From Thiopseudomonas sp. (GTDB lineage Bacteria > Pseudomonadota > Gammaproteobacteria > Pseudomonadales > Pseudomonadaceae), in the NCBI GenBank assembly GCA_035647115.1, contig DASROA010000051.1:6004-70003 (forward strand): 64,000 bases of DNA. Reading direction: 5' to 3'. A program made the position numbers and the translations under genes. Within the stretch, counting starts at the first letter, position 1; each line of letters starts with the position of its first letter. This document shows, piece by piece, positions 1 to 9,555 of this stretch. The notes under the pieces are model-generated. The model did no database searches. It saw only the letters and a list, made by a program, of their open reading frames with translations, and had not been told where the DNA came from.

Positions 1-10
1 TAACAGGCAT

Positions 11-37
11 AAAAAAACCCTTGAAAATCAAGGGTTT
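11..37 (-). terminator. Intrinsic terminator downstream of tRNA-Ser
   Basis: AAACCCTTGA-aaa-TCAAGGGTTT inverted repeat followed by a T7 run on the minus strand. Confidence 0.7.
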
Positions 38-48
38 AGTAAAAAATT

Positions 49-136
49 TGGCGGAGGAGGTGAGATTCGAACTCACGGATAGTCGCCCATCGACGGTTTT
101 CAAGACCGTTGCCTTCAGCCACTCGGCCACTCCTCC
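49..136 (-). tRNA. tRNA-Ser (anticodon TGA)
   Basis: Reverse complement GGAGGAGTGGCCGAGTGG...ACGGT-CTTGAAA-ACCGT...long variable arm...GTTCGAATC...CTCCTCCGCCA; 88 nt with encoded CCA. Confidence 0.97.
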
Positions 137-250
137 TTAACAACGGCGCTTATGATAACCGTTTTATTTTTTCTGTCAAACTAATTTAGCCTATTTATTG
201 AAAATATTGCTATGATGGCTGGCAGCACACATTTATTAGGAGCATAACCG

Positions 251-916
251 ATGCGTGAACAACACAATTACTCAATGGAGCAGAGCACTGCGTTTGAAGT
301 GGAAAGCAGCTCCGTTTTGCGTAACACCTATGGCTTACTCGCGCTAACCTTAGCGTTCAGTGGTGTAGTGGCCTATTTTTCTCAGCAAATGAATATGCCG
401 CACCCAGGCATTATGCTGACCCTAGTTGGCTTTTACGGCTTGTTCTTCCTGACCATGAAACTGCGTGACTCAGGCTGGGGTTTAGTGACTACTTTTGCCC
501 TGACCGGTTTTATGGGTTACACCTTAGGTCCCATTTTAAATATGTATTTGGGCATGGCTAATGGCGCCAGTGTCATCTCATCAGCATTTGCCATGACTGC
601 TTTTGTATTTACCGGTTTATCGGCGTATGTGTTGATTACCCGTAAAGATATGAGCTTTTTAAGCGGTTTTATCACTGTAGGCTTTTTTGTCTTAATTGCT
701 GCAATGATTGCAGGTTTTATTTTCAACATTTCCGGCTTACAGCTGGCGATCAGTGCTGGTTTTGTACTCTTTTCCTCAGCAGTCATTCTGTTTCAAACCA
801 GTGCGATTATTCACGGCGGTGAGCGCAACTACATTATGGCCACCATCAGCTTATATGTATCCATTTACAACTTGTTCTTAAGCTTGTTGAATATTTTAGG
901 TGCGAGCAGCGACTAA
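251..916 (+). CDS. yccA: Bax inhibitor-1/YccA family membrane protein
   Basis: Hydrophobic multi-TM protein, VLRNTY and GGERNYIMATISLYVSIYNLF motifs; divergent from tRNA-Ser; AGGAG RBS. Confidence 0.93.
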   Translation: MREQHNYSMEQSTAFEVESSSVLRNTYGLLALTLAFSGVVAYFSQQMNMPHPGIMLTLVGFYGLFFLTMKLRDSGWGLVTTFALTGFMGYTLGPILNMYLGMANGASVISSAFAMTAFVFTGLSAYVLITRKDMSFLSGFITVGFFVLIAAMIAGFIFNISGLQLAISAGFVLFSSAVILFQTSAIIHGGERNYIMATISLYVSIYNLFLSLLNILGASSD

Positions 917-941
917 TATAGGTGGCTAGTGCTCTTCTATT

Positions 942-973
942 AGGCTCTATTGGCGTACAATAGGGCCTTTTTT
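942..973 (+). terminator. Intrinsic terminator after yccA
   Basis: GGCTCTATTG-gcgta-CAATAGGGCC followed by T6. Confidence 0.7.
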
Positions 974-1042
974 ATATAGACTACACTTTATAATTAAATG
1001 CAGTTGACGCTGCAATGTACACGGAACACGTTAAGGCGAGTT

Positions 1043-1876
1043 ATGATTAAAAAATGCTTATTCCCGGCTGCTGGTTATGGCACCCGTTTTTTACCTGCCA
1101 CCAAGGCAATGCCTAAAGAGATGCTGCCCATTGTCAACAAACCTCTTATTCAGTATGGAGTGGAAGAGGCTTTAGAAGCGGGCCTTAAAGAGATTGCTAT
1201 TGTCACAGGGCGTAATAAACGGGCCATTGAAGACCATTTTGATATCAACTTTGAGATGGAGCAGCAAATCTTAGGTACTGATAAAGAACAGTACTTAAGA
1301 GAGGTTAGAGAGTTAATTGATAACTGCACATTCTCTTATACACGCCAATTAGAGATGAAAGGGCTGGGACATGCGATCCTCACAGGACGCACCTTGATTG
1401 GCGACGAAGCCTTTGCCGTGGTGCTGGCCGATGACCTGTGCATCAATCCTGAAGGGGACGGCGTGCTGCAGCAAATGATCAAACTTTATAAACAGTTCCG
1501 CTGCTCAATAGTTGCCATTCAGGAAGTACCCCATGAAGACACAGCTAAGTATGGGGTGATTGACGGGGAAATGATCCGTGATGATATCTTTCGCGTACAC
1601 TCTATGGTGGAAAAACCGAAGCCAGAAGATGCACCGTCAAATTTAGCCATTATTGGTCGCTATATTTTAACTCCTGATATTTTTGATTTAATTGCTGAAA
1701 CTGAACCCGGTAAGGGCGGAGAGATTCAAATTACAGACGCCTTGATGAAACAAGCTCAAGAGGGTTGTGTGCTGGCTTATAAGTTTAAAGGGCAGCGCTT
1801 TGATTGTGGTAGCGTCGAAGGTTACATTGAAGCGACCAATTTTTGTTACGAAAACCTGTACAAAGACGGTCAGTGA
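1043..1876 (+). CDS. galU: UTP--glucose-1-phosphate uridylyltransferase
   Basis: MIKKCLFPAAGYGTRFLPATKAMPKEMLP and VEKP motifs; start moved to ATG 1043. Confidence 0.96.
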   Translation: MIKKCLFPAAGYGTRFLPATKAMPKEMLPIVNKPLIQYGVEEALEAGLKEIAIVTGRNKRAIEDHFDINFEMEQQILGTDKEQYLREVRELIDNCTFSYTRQLEMKGLGHAILTGRTLIGDEAFAVVLADDLCINPEGDGVLQQMIKLYKQFRCSIVAIQEVPHEDTAKYGVIDGEMIRDDIFRVHSMVEKPKPEDAPSNLAIIGRYILTPDIFDLIAETEPGKGGEIQITDALMKQAQEGCVLAYKFKGQRFDCGSVEGYIEATNFCYENLYKDGQ

Positions 1877-1917
1877 TTTTTCTGACTGTCACAATCACTT
1901 GAGCTGGAGACTAGTGT

Positions 1918-3273
1918 ATGTCTTATGATTTTGATTTATTTGTCATCGGCGCAGGTTCAGGTGGCGTGCGCGCTTCCCGTTTTGCGGCATCTTATGGCGC
2001 ACGGGTGGCCGTTGCAGAAAGCCGTTATTTAGGCGGCACCTGTGTCAATGTCGGCTGTGTACCCAAGAAGTTGATGGTCTACGCAGCACATTATCAAGAT
2101 GAATTTGCCTTGAGTCGCAGCTTTGGTTGGGATGTTGAAGCCAAAGGCTTCGAATGGACAACTTTGATTGAGAATAAAAATACTGAAATTGAACGCCTCA
2201 ATGGTATTTATGAAAACCTGCTTAAAAATAGCGGGGTCAATTTAATCAGTGGTCACGCTAAAATTATTGACCCGCACACAGTCGAGGTTGAGGGCAAACA
2301 ATACACTGCGCAACATATTTTAATTGCAGTAGGTGGTTGGCCACAGGTTCCAGATATTCCAGGCCGTGAACATGTAACAGACTCTAATCAGGTTTTTTAC
2401 TTAAAAGAGCAGCCTAAGCGCGTTCTTGTGGTGGGTGGCGGCTATATTGCCGTTGAGTTTGCATCAGTATTCCATGGACTAGGTTCTGAGACGCAGCTGG
2501 CTTACCGTGGAGACTTATTTTTACGCGGCTTTGATGGTGATGTACGTGAGCATGTGCATCAGGAACTGCTGAAAAAAGGTATGACACTTCGCTTTAACTG
2601 TGACGTGCAACGCATTGATAAACAAGCGGATGATAGCTTATTAATCACCTTTAAAGATGGGCAGACAACAGAAGTTGATTGTATTTTCTATGCCACTGGA
2701 CGTCGCCCGATGCTGGATAACTTGGGTTTAGAGAACGTCAATGTTGAGCTCAACGACGAGGGTTACATCGAGGTTGATGAGCTGTATCAAACCTCTGAGA
2801 ACAGCATTTTAGCCATCGGGGATGTAACCGGTGGTTTACAGTTAACCCCTGTAGCCTTGGCAGAAGGTATGGCAGTGGCCCGTCGTTTATTCCGTAAAGA
2901 AGAATACAGGCCAGTAAGTTATGACTTGATCCCAACAGCGGTATTTTGCTTACCCAACATCTCCACTGTGGGTTTAACTGAAGAAGAAGCTAGGGCAGAG
3001 GGCTTTGACGTACAAATCTTTAAGAGTAGCTTTAGACCCATGAAGCTCAGCTTATCGGATCAACAAGAGCGTATTTTTATGAAATTGGTTGTTGATCAAG
3101 CCACAGACCGAGTACTGGGCTGCCATATGGTGGGGCCAGACGCAGGGGAGTTGATTCAAGGCTTAGCTGTCGCGCTTAAAGCCGGTGCAACCAAGCAAGT
3201 CTTTGACGAGACCATTGGTATTCACCCCAGTGCTGCAGAAGAGTTTGTCACCATGCGTACACCGAGCGCATAA
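1918..3273 (+). CDS. gorA: Glutathione-disulfide reductase
   Basis: GAGSGG FAD site, [13 protein letters not shown] redox motif, C-terminal [12 protein letters not shown]. Confidence 0.96.
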   Translation: MSYDFDLFVIGAGSGGVRASRFAASYGARVAVAESRYLGGTCVNVGCVPKKLMVYAAHYQDEFALSRSFGWDVEAKGFEWTTLIENKNTEIERLNGIYENLLKNSGVNLISGHAKIIDPHTVEVEGKQYTAQHILIAVGGWPQVPDIPGREHVTDSNQVFYLKEQPKRVLVVGGGYIAVEFASVFHGLGSETQLAYRGDLFLRGFDGDVREHVHQELLKKGMTLRFNCDVQRIDKQADDSLLITFKDGQTTEVDCIFYATGRRPMLDNLGLENVNVELNDEGYIEVDELYQTSENSILAIGDVTGGLQLTPVALAEGMAVARRLFRKEEYRPVSYDLIPTAVFCLPNISTVGLTEEEARAEGFDVQIFKSSFRPMKLSLSDQQERIFMKLVVDQATDRVLGCHMVGPDAGELIQGLAVALKAGATKQVFDETIGIHPSAAEEFVTMRTPSA

Positions 3274-3292
3274 CCTCGCATGCTTGACACAC

Positions 3293-3325
3293 AAAACGGC
3301 GCAGGGTATGCGCCGTTTTTCTTTT
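3293..3325. terminator. Bidirectional intrinsic terminator between gor and PCu(A)C gene
   Basis: AAAACGGCGCA-gggta-TGCGCCGTTTTT between convergent genes. Confidence 0.8.
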
Positions 3326-3362
3326 TAGCGATTCAGTCAGCTTAGGCTGACATAGAGTGTTT

Positions 3363-3905
3363 TTAATGATCCATATGACTTGAGTGATCCATCATATCGT
3401 GGTCAGCATGCTCAGCAGAAGTACCCGCATCACTGCTTAGAATATCCACACTAATATCCATTTGACCTGCCTGCTCAAATTGTAAGGTTAGTGGCAACTG
3501 CTCACCAGCCACTAAAGGCTGTTTTAAGTCAATCAGCATGATGTGATAGCCGCCTGGTTCTAAGGTCAGCTGCCCATGGGCTGGCACATCAATACTGTCC
3601 ACTTTAACCATGCGCATCACGTCACCTTCATGGATATGAGCATGTAACTCAGTGACTTCAGCAATGGAGCTCTTTGCACTGATTAAACGGTCTGCATATT
3701 CACTGTGGTTTTCAATCTGTAAAAACGCTGCGCCAACCAAGGCTGTGGGTGGTAACTCACGAGACCAAGCTTTAGTGATTTGCAGGCTCGATTGCTGTTG
3801 CTCACTCACCGAGCTATTAGGTTCTGCGGGTTGTTCAGCATAACTAGGAGCAGCAGCGTTAATGGTTAAGGCTAGTAGAGCTGCTGTCAGTGCAGTAAAA
3901 CGCAT
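3363..3905 (-). CDS. Periplasmic copper chaperone PCu(A)C
   Basis: Signal peptide; ELH...MRM...L.PGGYHIMLIDL motif; His/Met-rich C-terminal tail. Confidence 0.9.
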   Translation of the reverse strand: MRFTALTAALLALTINAAAPSYAEQPAEPNSSVSEQQQSSLQITKAWSRELPPTALVGAAFLQIENHSEYADRLISAKSSIAEVTELHAHIHEGDVMRMVKVDSIDVPAHGQLTLEPGGYHIMLIDLKQPLVAGEQLPLTLQFEQAGQMDISVDILSSDAGTSAEHADHDMMDHSSHMDH

Positions 3906-4077
3906 AGCAAAAGATCCTTTTCAAAATAATTGATATTTGTCTAGATGCGTTAACTTAGCATGCTGGCTCAAACAAGGGGATGCGGCATTGTGCTGCAGTT
4001 ACCTGATGATGGCTTGTTACTTATATTACCAATTTAACATAATATTGATTATGGCACTTATTGCCGATTCAATATTA

Positions 4078-4869
4078 TTATGATTTTGTGTGGAGATCTT
4101 GAGATGCTGCTTCTGGCTCCGAGTCTTCTTGTGCTGGATCTGTAAAATCAGTGGTTAAGCCTTGCTCCATGCTTTCCAGTTCTGCCAGCAATGATCCAAA
4201 ACTCAGCTCTTGTTTGTTATCGTTATCACTCGGGGTATCCTCGCCATCAGCAAGGCTACTAATACTGGCTGACTGCTGGGCTGTTGCATTTTCTACAGTT
4301 GTTTGTACCTGCTCAGCCTTAATCTGCATCTCTTGCAGCTCAATTAAGTTCGGCAGCTCATCTAAAGCACGTAAATTAAAGTAATCTAAAAAAGCTTTAG
4401 TGGTGGCTAACATTGCTGGGCGGCCAGGCACTTCTTTATGGCCCACCACGCGCACCCATTCACGCTCCATCAGTGTCTTAATAATTTGCGAACTCACCGC
4501 AACACCACGTACATCTTCAATTTCACCACGGGTGATCGGCTGGCGATAGGCAATTAAAGCCAGTGTTTCAAGCATGGCACGAGAATAGCGTTGTGGGCGC
4601 TCTTCCCATAATCGCCCGACCCAAGGCGAATACTCCGCGCGGATTTGCAAACGAAAGCCCGATGCCACCTCAGTTAACTGATAAGAGCGTTCTTGGCAGT
4701 GTGCTTCAAGGTGTTGTAATGCTGCTTTGACATGCTGTGGACTGGGTGGTGTTTCTTCACCTAAAAGCTCACCTAAACGCTGAATGCTCAAAGGCTTGTC
4801 AGCAGCCAATAGCACTGCCTCCAGTACTTTTGCCAAGTGTTCAGTGTCAGTAAAATCCAAATTATTCAT
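4078..4869 (-). CDS. scpB: SMC-Scp complex subunit ScpB
   Basis: YSRAMLETLALIAYRQPITRGEIEDVRGV and GRP motifs; probable start ATG 4869 overlapping the scpA end. Confidence 0.95.
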   Translation of the reverse strand: MNNLDFTDTEHLAKVLEAVLLAADKPLSIQRLGELLGEETPPSPQHVKAALQHLEAHCQERSYQLTEVASGFRLQIRAEYSPWVGRLWEERPQRYSRAMLETLALIAYRQPITRGEIEDVRGVAVSSQIIKTLMEREWVRVVGHKEVPGRPAMLATTKAFLDYFNLRALDELPNLIELQEMQIKAEQVQTTVENATAQQSASISSLADGEDTPSDNDNKQELSFGSLLAELESMEQGLTTDFTDPAQEDSEPEAASQDLHTKS

Positions 4870-5704
4870 GGGTTCTAGCTCGTACATGAATTTCACTCAA
4901 AGGCTCATTTTGCACCAGCTCAATTAAGGACTCTTTTACCAGTTCGAGAATAGCCATAAAAGTCACCACCACACCTAAACGACCCTCACCTACCGTAAAT
5001 AATTGGGTAAAAGGCACAAACTCTCCACCACTCAGTGCATTTAAAACCATGCTCATGCGCTCGCGAGTTGATAAAGCCTCGCGGCTGACCTGATGGCTTT
5101 CAAATAAATCGGCCCGCCGCAGCACTTCAGCCATCGCCAACAACACCTCTTCTAAAGCGACTTCTGCCACTAAGCGACGAGCGCGGGCTTTTGGGGCTAC
5201 AGCGTGGGCCAAGTAGATATCACGACCTAAGCGAGGAAGTTCATCAAGATCTTCTGCTGCAGTTTTAATGCGCTCGTATTCCTGTAAACGACGAATCAAT
5301 TCCGCACGGGGGTCTTCTTCATCATCGTCAGTACTGACTTGAGTCCTGGGCAATAACATGCGCGATTTAATCTCTGCCAACATAGCCGCCATGACTAAAT
5401 ACTCTGCCGCTAGCTCTAGGCGGACAGCCTTCATGAGCTCAACATAACCCATATATTGATGGGTGATATCTGCCACTGGTATATCAAGAATATCGATATT
5501 TTCTTTGCGGATGAGATACAGCAGCAAGTCCAGTGGCCCTTCAAAGGCCTCTAAAACAACCTCTAATGCATCCGGTGGAATATATAAATCCACCGGTAGA
5601 GCTGTGAGCTCCTCACCGTAAACAAGCGCTAAAGGCAATTGCTCAACACCACTGTCATGCTCAGTGTTTACAGGATTACTTGCACTGTTTATGGGTTGAG
5701 TCAT
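4862..5704 (-). CDS. scpA: Segregation and condensation protein ScpA
   Basis: FEGPLDLLLYLI and AAEYLVMAAMLAEIKSRMLLP kleisin motifs. Confidence 0.95.
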   Translation of the reverse strand: MTQPINSASNPVNTEHDSGVEQLPLALVYGEELTALPVDLYIPPDALEVVLEAFEGPLDLLLYLIRKENIDILDIPVADITHQYMGYVELMKAVRLELAAEYLVMAAMLAEIKSRMLLPRTQVSTDDDEEDPRAELIRRLQEYERIKTAAEDLDELPRLGRDIYLAHAVAPKARARRLVAEVALEEVLLAMAEVLRRADLFESHQVSREALSTRERMSMVLNALSGGEFVPFTQLFTVGEGRLGVVVTFMAILELVKESLIELVQNEPLSEIHVRARTHE

Positions 5705-5719
5705 AACCGGATCGAACTC

Positions 5720-6343
5720 TTATTGATTACGGAAAGGCTCAGGATCACCACAGCCTTCACGGAGTATTTCAGGCTCATCTTCAGTGAAACTGATCACCGT
5801 AGACGCTTCCAGGCTGCCGTAACCACCATCAATAATTAAATCCACTTGGTGCTCGAGTAAATCGCGAATTTCATAAGGATCACTCAAAGGCTCTTCTGAA
5901 TCCGGCATGATTAAAGACACGCTCATTAGTGGCTCCCCTAATTCTGCCAATATCGCTTGAGCAATGGGGTTTTCAGGTACCCGTAAGCCAATAGTGCGAC
6001 GCTTGGGATGCATCATCATACGCGGCACTTCTCGAGTGGCATGCAGGATGTAAGTGTAAGGTCCTGGTGTATAGGCTTTTAATAAGCGAAAAGCTGCGGT
6101 ATTGACTTTGGCGAAAGTGCCCAACTCAGATAAATCACGGCACATTAAAGTGAAGTTATGTTTGTCATCTAAACGACGAATACGGCGAATTCTGTCCAAA
6201 GCACTTTTATCGCCCAAACGGCAACCTAGCGCGTAGGATGAGTCCGTTGGATAAATAATCACCCCACCTTGACGGATCACTTCAACAACTTGTTTTATTA
6301 AGCGGTCTTGCGGATTTTCCGCATGAATTTGAAAAAACTTCAT
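5720..6343 (-). CDS. yciO: YciO/Sua5/YrdC family protein
   Basis: YPTDSSYALGC, PGPYT, IGLRVP motifs; conserved PHP-yciO-scpAB context. Confidence 0.9.
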   Translation of the reverse strand: MKFFQIHAENPQDRLIKQVVEVIRQGGVIIYPTDSSYALGCRLGDKSALDRIRRIRRLDDKHNFTLMCRDLSELGTFAKVNTAAFRLLKAYTPGPYTYILHATREVPRMMMHPKRRTIGLRVPENPIAQAILAELGEPLMSVSLIMPDSEEPLSDPYEIRDLLEHQVDLIIDGGYGSLEASTVISFTEDEPEILREGCGDPEPFRNQ

Positions 6344-6377
6344 AGCATGTCTCTCACAATGAATTAAGATTTAAATA

Positions 6378-7220
6378 TTATGCCGGCGAATAGCTAAATA
6401 AAGGCATTAAGTCTTCTGGTACAGCGCGGTAACGGCCAATTTCGGACCATTCTTGCGGCGCATGAAAGTCACTGCCGGCGGTGACCTTTAAATTAAACTC
6501 GCGGGCTAAAATAGATAAGGTACCGACCTGCTCTGCTGGCTGCATGCCGTTCACCACTTCAAGTGCATGTCCACCAGCATTAACAAAATCTTGCACTAAG
6601 CGACGTCGTTTAGTGCGAGTAAACTTGTAATGGTAGAGATGTGCAAGACTGATTGATGCTTTTGCCTGCGCTAAAGTATCCATCGTTTCTTCTAAAGTTG
6701 GCCAGTGTTGTTTGACATCACCTATTTTTCCAGCACCAAGCCACTTACGAAAAGCCTCAGAAAAATCGCGCACGTGACCTTGTTGCACCAAAAACTCTGC
6801 GAAGTGAGGCCGCGCTGGTGCGTTAGCGCTGTTGCCCAATGCTGATTGCACGGCCAAAGCGCCTTCTAAAGCACCTTCGATCCCTTTAGTAGCAAGGCGC
6901 CTGGCAATCTCTTCAGCACGTAGCCAGCGGCCTTTATGCAGTGCTTGCGTGGCAGCTAATATTGCAGGGTTATCTAACGCAAAGTCATACCCCAGAATAT
7001 GAATGGTTGTTGCACCCCAGACGCAGGACAGTTCGATACCATTGATAAGCTCAATACCGACTTGCTGTGCAGTTTGCTGTGCCTCAGGTAACCCTTCAAG
7101 GGTGTCATGGTCGGTTAATGCTAAAACTTTAACGCCATGCTGCTCTGCACGCAGTACTAATTCCCGTGGTGTTAAAGCACCATCGGATGCTGTACTGTGG
7201 CAATGTAGATCAATATCCAT
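6378..7220 (-). CDS. PHP domain phosphoesterase (YciV/TrpH/Rnm family)
   Basis: DLHCHSTASDG, ALTDHD, GSDFH motifs. Confidence 0.9.
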   Translation of the reverse strand: MDIDLHCHSTASDGALTPRELVLRAEQHGVKVLALTDHDTLEGLPEAQQTAQQVGIELINGIELSCVWGATTIHILGYDFALDNPAILAATQALHKGRWLRAEEIARRLATKGIEGALEGALAVQSALGNSANAPARPHFAEFLVQQGHVRDFSEAFRKWLGAGKIGDVKQHWPTLEETMDTLAQAKASISLAHLYHYKFTRTKRRRLVQDFVNAGGHALEVVNGMQPAEQVGTLSILAREFNLKVTAGSDFHAPQEWSEIGRYRAVPEDLMPLFSYSPA

Positions 7221-7273
7221 GTTAATGCTTACGCTGACGGCTGACTTTGTTATTATGCCGTTTCCTTACTGAT

Positions 7274-7879
7274 ATGGCGCGTACTGTGAAACAATTCATT
7301 GATTTTATTCCTTTAATTTTATTCTTTATCGTCTTTAAGCTCGAACCCCGTGACCTTGAGCTGGCTGGGCAGACGTTCTCTGTAGGTGGCATCTTCAGCG
7401 CTACTGCAATGCTGATCATCAGCTCAGTTGTGGTGTATGGCACTTTATATGCTGTACAGCGACGTTTGGAAAAAGGTCAGTGGCTGACTTTAATCGGCTG
7501 CTTGTTTTTTGGTGGCTTAACCTTAGCCTTTCACAGCGAAACTTTTTTAAAGTGGAAAGCACCTGTTGTGAACTGGTTATTTGCCTTGGGTTTCGCTGCT
7601 AGTCACTTCATCGGTAAACAACCTTTGATCAAACGGGTCATGGGCCATGCCATCAGTCTACCAGATCGTGTTTGGACACAACTCAATGTTGCTTGGATTG
7701 TGTTCTTTATCGTCTCAGGTACGGCCAACTTATTTGTTGCCTTTACCTATCATGATATTTGGGTGGACTTTAAAGTCTTTGGCAGTTTAGCTATGACTGT
7801 ATTATTTTTAATCGGCCAAGGGGTGTTTTTAGCTCGACACTTACAGGATCAATCCAGCCAATCCAATGAGGAACCTTAA
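7274..7879 (+). CDS. yciB: Inner membrane septation protein A (IspZ/YciB)
   Basis: [24 protein letters not shown] motifs; start ATG 7274 or GTG 7286. Confidence 0.92.
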   Translation: MARTVKQFIDFIPLILFFIVFKLEPRDLELAGQTFSVGGIFSATAMLIISSVVVYGTLYAVQRRLEKGQWLTLIGCLFFGGLTLAFHSETFLKWKAPVVNWLFALGFAASHFIGKQPLIKRVMGHAISLPDRVWTQLNVAWIVFFIVSGTANLFVAFTYHDIWVDFKVFGSLAMTVLFLIGQGVFLARHLQDQSSQSNEEP

Positions 7880-7880
7880 A

Positions 7881-8186
7881 ATGCTCTACGCAATTATTGC
7901 TAAGGACTACCCTAACAGTTTAGATGGTCGTCTTGCTGCGCGCCCTGCCCACCTTGCCCGTTTAGAGGCTTTACAAGAGGCAGGCCGTTTAGTGCTTGCT
8001 GGACCGCACCCTGCAGTGGACAGTCCAGACCCCGGTGATGCAGGTTTTAGTGGCAGTTTAATTGTTGCTGAGTTTGAATCTTTACAAGCAGCACAGGATT
8101 GGGCAGCAGCCGATCCCTATGCCGCTGCCGGAGTCTATGCAGAGGTGCTGGTAAAACCTTTCAAGCAAGTATTTCCCAAGTCATAG
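7881..8186 (+). CDS. yciI: YciI family protein
   Basis: [27 protein letters not shown] motifs; start ATG 7881. Confidence 0.92.
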   Translation: MLYAIIAKDYPNSLDGRLAARPAHLARLEALQEAGRLVLAGPHPAVDSPDPGDAGFSGSLIVAEFESLQAAQDWAAADPYAAAGVYAEVLVKPFKQVFPKS

Positions 8187-8221
8187 TTTAAGCGACAGCC
8201 TGCGGGAGCTTTTAAACAGTT

Positions 8222-8914
8222 ATGAGCAATATCTTATTAGTGGATGATGATCAAGAACTGTGCGACCTATTAATCAACTGGTTAAGTCAAGAAGGTTTTG
8301 CACTACACGCCTGCTTTGATACACAAAGTGCTTGGCAGTACTTAACAAGCCAACCTGAGCCCGATGCAGTGATTTTGGATGTCATGCTACCCGATGGTAA
8401 TGGCTTGCAGCTGTTACGCAAGCTGCGCACTGAATACCCACAACTCCCCGTATTAATGCTCTCAGCACGGGGCGAGCCCACAGACCGTATCATTGGTTTA
8501 GAACTGGGCGCCGATGACTATCTGGCTAAACCTTGTGATCCCCGCGAACTTACCGCACGCTTACGCGCTGTTTTACGCCGCAGTACAACGGCCACCAGCA
8601 GCACAACGCCTAGCATCATTACTGTGGGTGATTTGCAATACAGTCCAACACGTGGTGTTGCGCAAACCCATGATCAAGAAAATATTGACTTAACAGTCTC
8701 TGAAGGACGCATTTTAGAGGCCTTGCTAGCCACGCCAGGTGAACCCATTGATAAGCAGCAACTTGCATTGATTGCTTTAGAACGGCGCTTGACGTTATAT
8801 GACCGCAGTTTGGATATGCATGTCAGTAACTTGCGCCGCAAGCTCGGCCCCCACAGCGACGGCAGTCCTAGAATAGTCGCCTTGCGCGGTCGTGGTTATT
8901 TCTACAGCGGTTAA
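8222..8914 (+). CDS. cpxR: OmpR-family response regulator (CpxR-like)
   Basis: Receiver domain (LDVMLP, GADDYLAKP) plus winged helix DRSLDMHVSNLRRKL; lies in an RR-Spy/CpxP-HK triad. Confidence 0.82.
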   Translation: MSNILLVDDDQELCDLLINWLSQEGFALHACFDTQSAWQYLTSQPEPDAVILDVMLPDGNGLQLLRKLRTEYPQLPVLMLSARGEPTDRIIGLELGADDYLAKPCDPRELTARLRAVLRRSTTATSSTTPSIITVGDLQYSPTRGVAQTHDQENIDLTVSEGRILEALLATPGEPIDKQQLALIALERRLTLYDRSLDMHVSNLRRKLGPHSDGSPRIVALRGRGYFYSG

Positions 8915-8916
8915 AA

Positions 8917-8953
8917 TTTACCGCCCCTTTACATTCTCTTGACCGCAATTGAC
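8917..8953 (+). promoter_or_regulatory. Tandem CpxR-type binding repeats upstream of the cpxP-like gene
   Basis: TTTAC(8917)-N6-TTTAC(8928)-N6-TTGAC(8939)-N5-TTGAC(8949); reverse complement of the GTAAA-Nn-GTAAA CpxR consensus. Confidence 0.65.
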
Positions 8954-9014
8954 ACTGTTATAGGCATACTAGAGTCATCCCGCAACAGCGGACATCTGAT
9001 TAAGGAGCACTATC

Positions 9015-9503
9015 ATGCGAATTAAAACCACTGCCTTGTTACTCAGCGCCCTACTACCACTGAGCGCTTTAGCCATGTCTGAGCAAGCTCAACAAGGCCG
9101 ACAACAAGGCATGCAAGGCCAAAAAACTCAGCAAGGGCAAATGGGACAAAATAAGCAACAGGCTCAAAAAGGTCAGCAACAAGGAAAAAAGAGCGAAAAA
9201 ACGTCACGCTGGAGCCAAGAAAAAATGCAGCAGCGTCAAACCGCTTGGTTTGATCGTTTAGAGCTGACTGCTGAGCAACGTGAGCAGTTTCAAAAAGAAA
9301 TGAGACAGCGTCACCAACAACAGATGAAAGCCCGCGCTGCACATCATGAAAAATTACGCGCTTTATTGACTGAAGAGCAGCGCGTCATTTTCGACCAAGA
9401 TATAGCGCGAATGGAGCAGCGCATGCAAGGTTATATGCAAAGAAACGATACACCTGCAATGTTTGATCAGCAAAAGCGTAAGCAACGCGATAAGGCTCAA
9501 TAA
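9015..9503 (+). CDS. Periplasmic Spy/CpxP-family (LTXXQ) protein
   Basis: Signal peptide, two LTxEQ motifs (LELTAEQR, LLTEEQR), Gln-rich; AAGGAG RBS. Confidence 0.85.
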   Translation: MRIKTTALLLSALLPLSALAMSEQAQQGRQQGMQGQKTQQGQMGQNKQQAQKGQQQGKKSEKTSRWSQEKMQQRQTAWFDRLELTAEQREQFQKEMRQRHQQQMKARAAHHEKLRALLTEEQRVIFDQDIARMEQRMQGYMQRNDTPAMFDQQKRKQRDKAQ

Positions 9504-9515
9504 ACCTTAGTTCTT

Positions 9516-9540
9516 AAGCGGCTTTTATAAGCCGCTTTTA
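9516..9540 (+). terminator. Intrinsic terminator after the cpxP-like gene
   Basis: AAGCGGCTT-ttat-AAGCCGCTTTT. Confidence 0.7.
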
Positions 9541-9555
9541 TATAGGTGAGAAAAA

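Noticed and set aside
1-136. tRNA-Ser as an integration (att) site for an island
   Set aside because: The tRNA 3' side faces out of the window; no integrase or duplicated tRNA 3' end is visible here.
3930-3943. FNR-like TTGAT-ATTT-GTCTA upstream of PCu(A)C
   Set aside because: Poor right half-site and too close to the start codon for class II activation.
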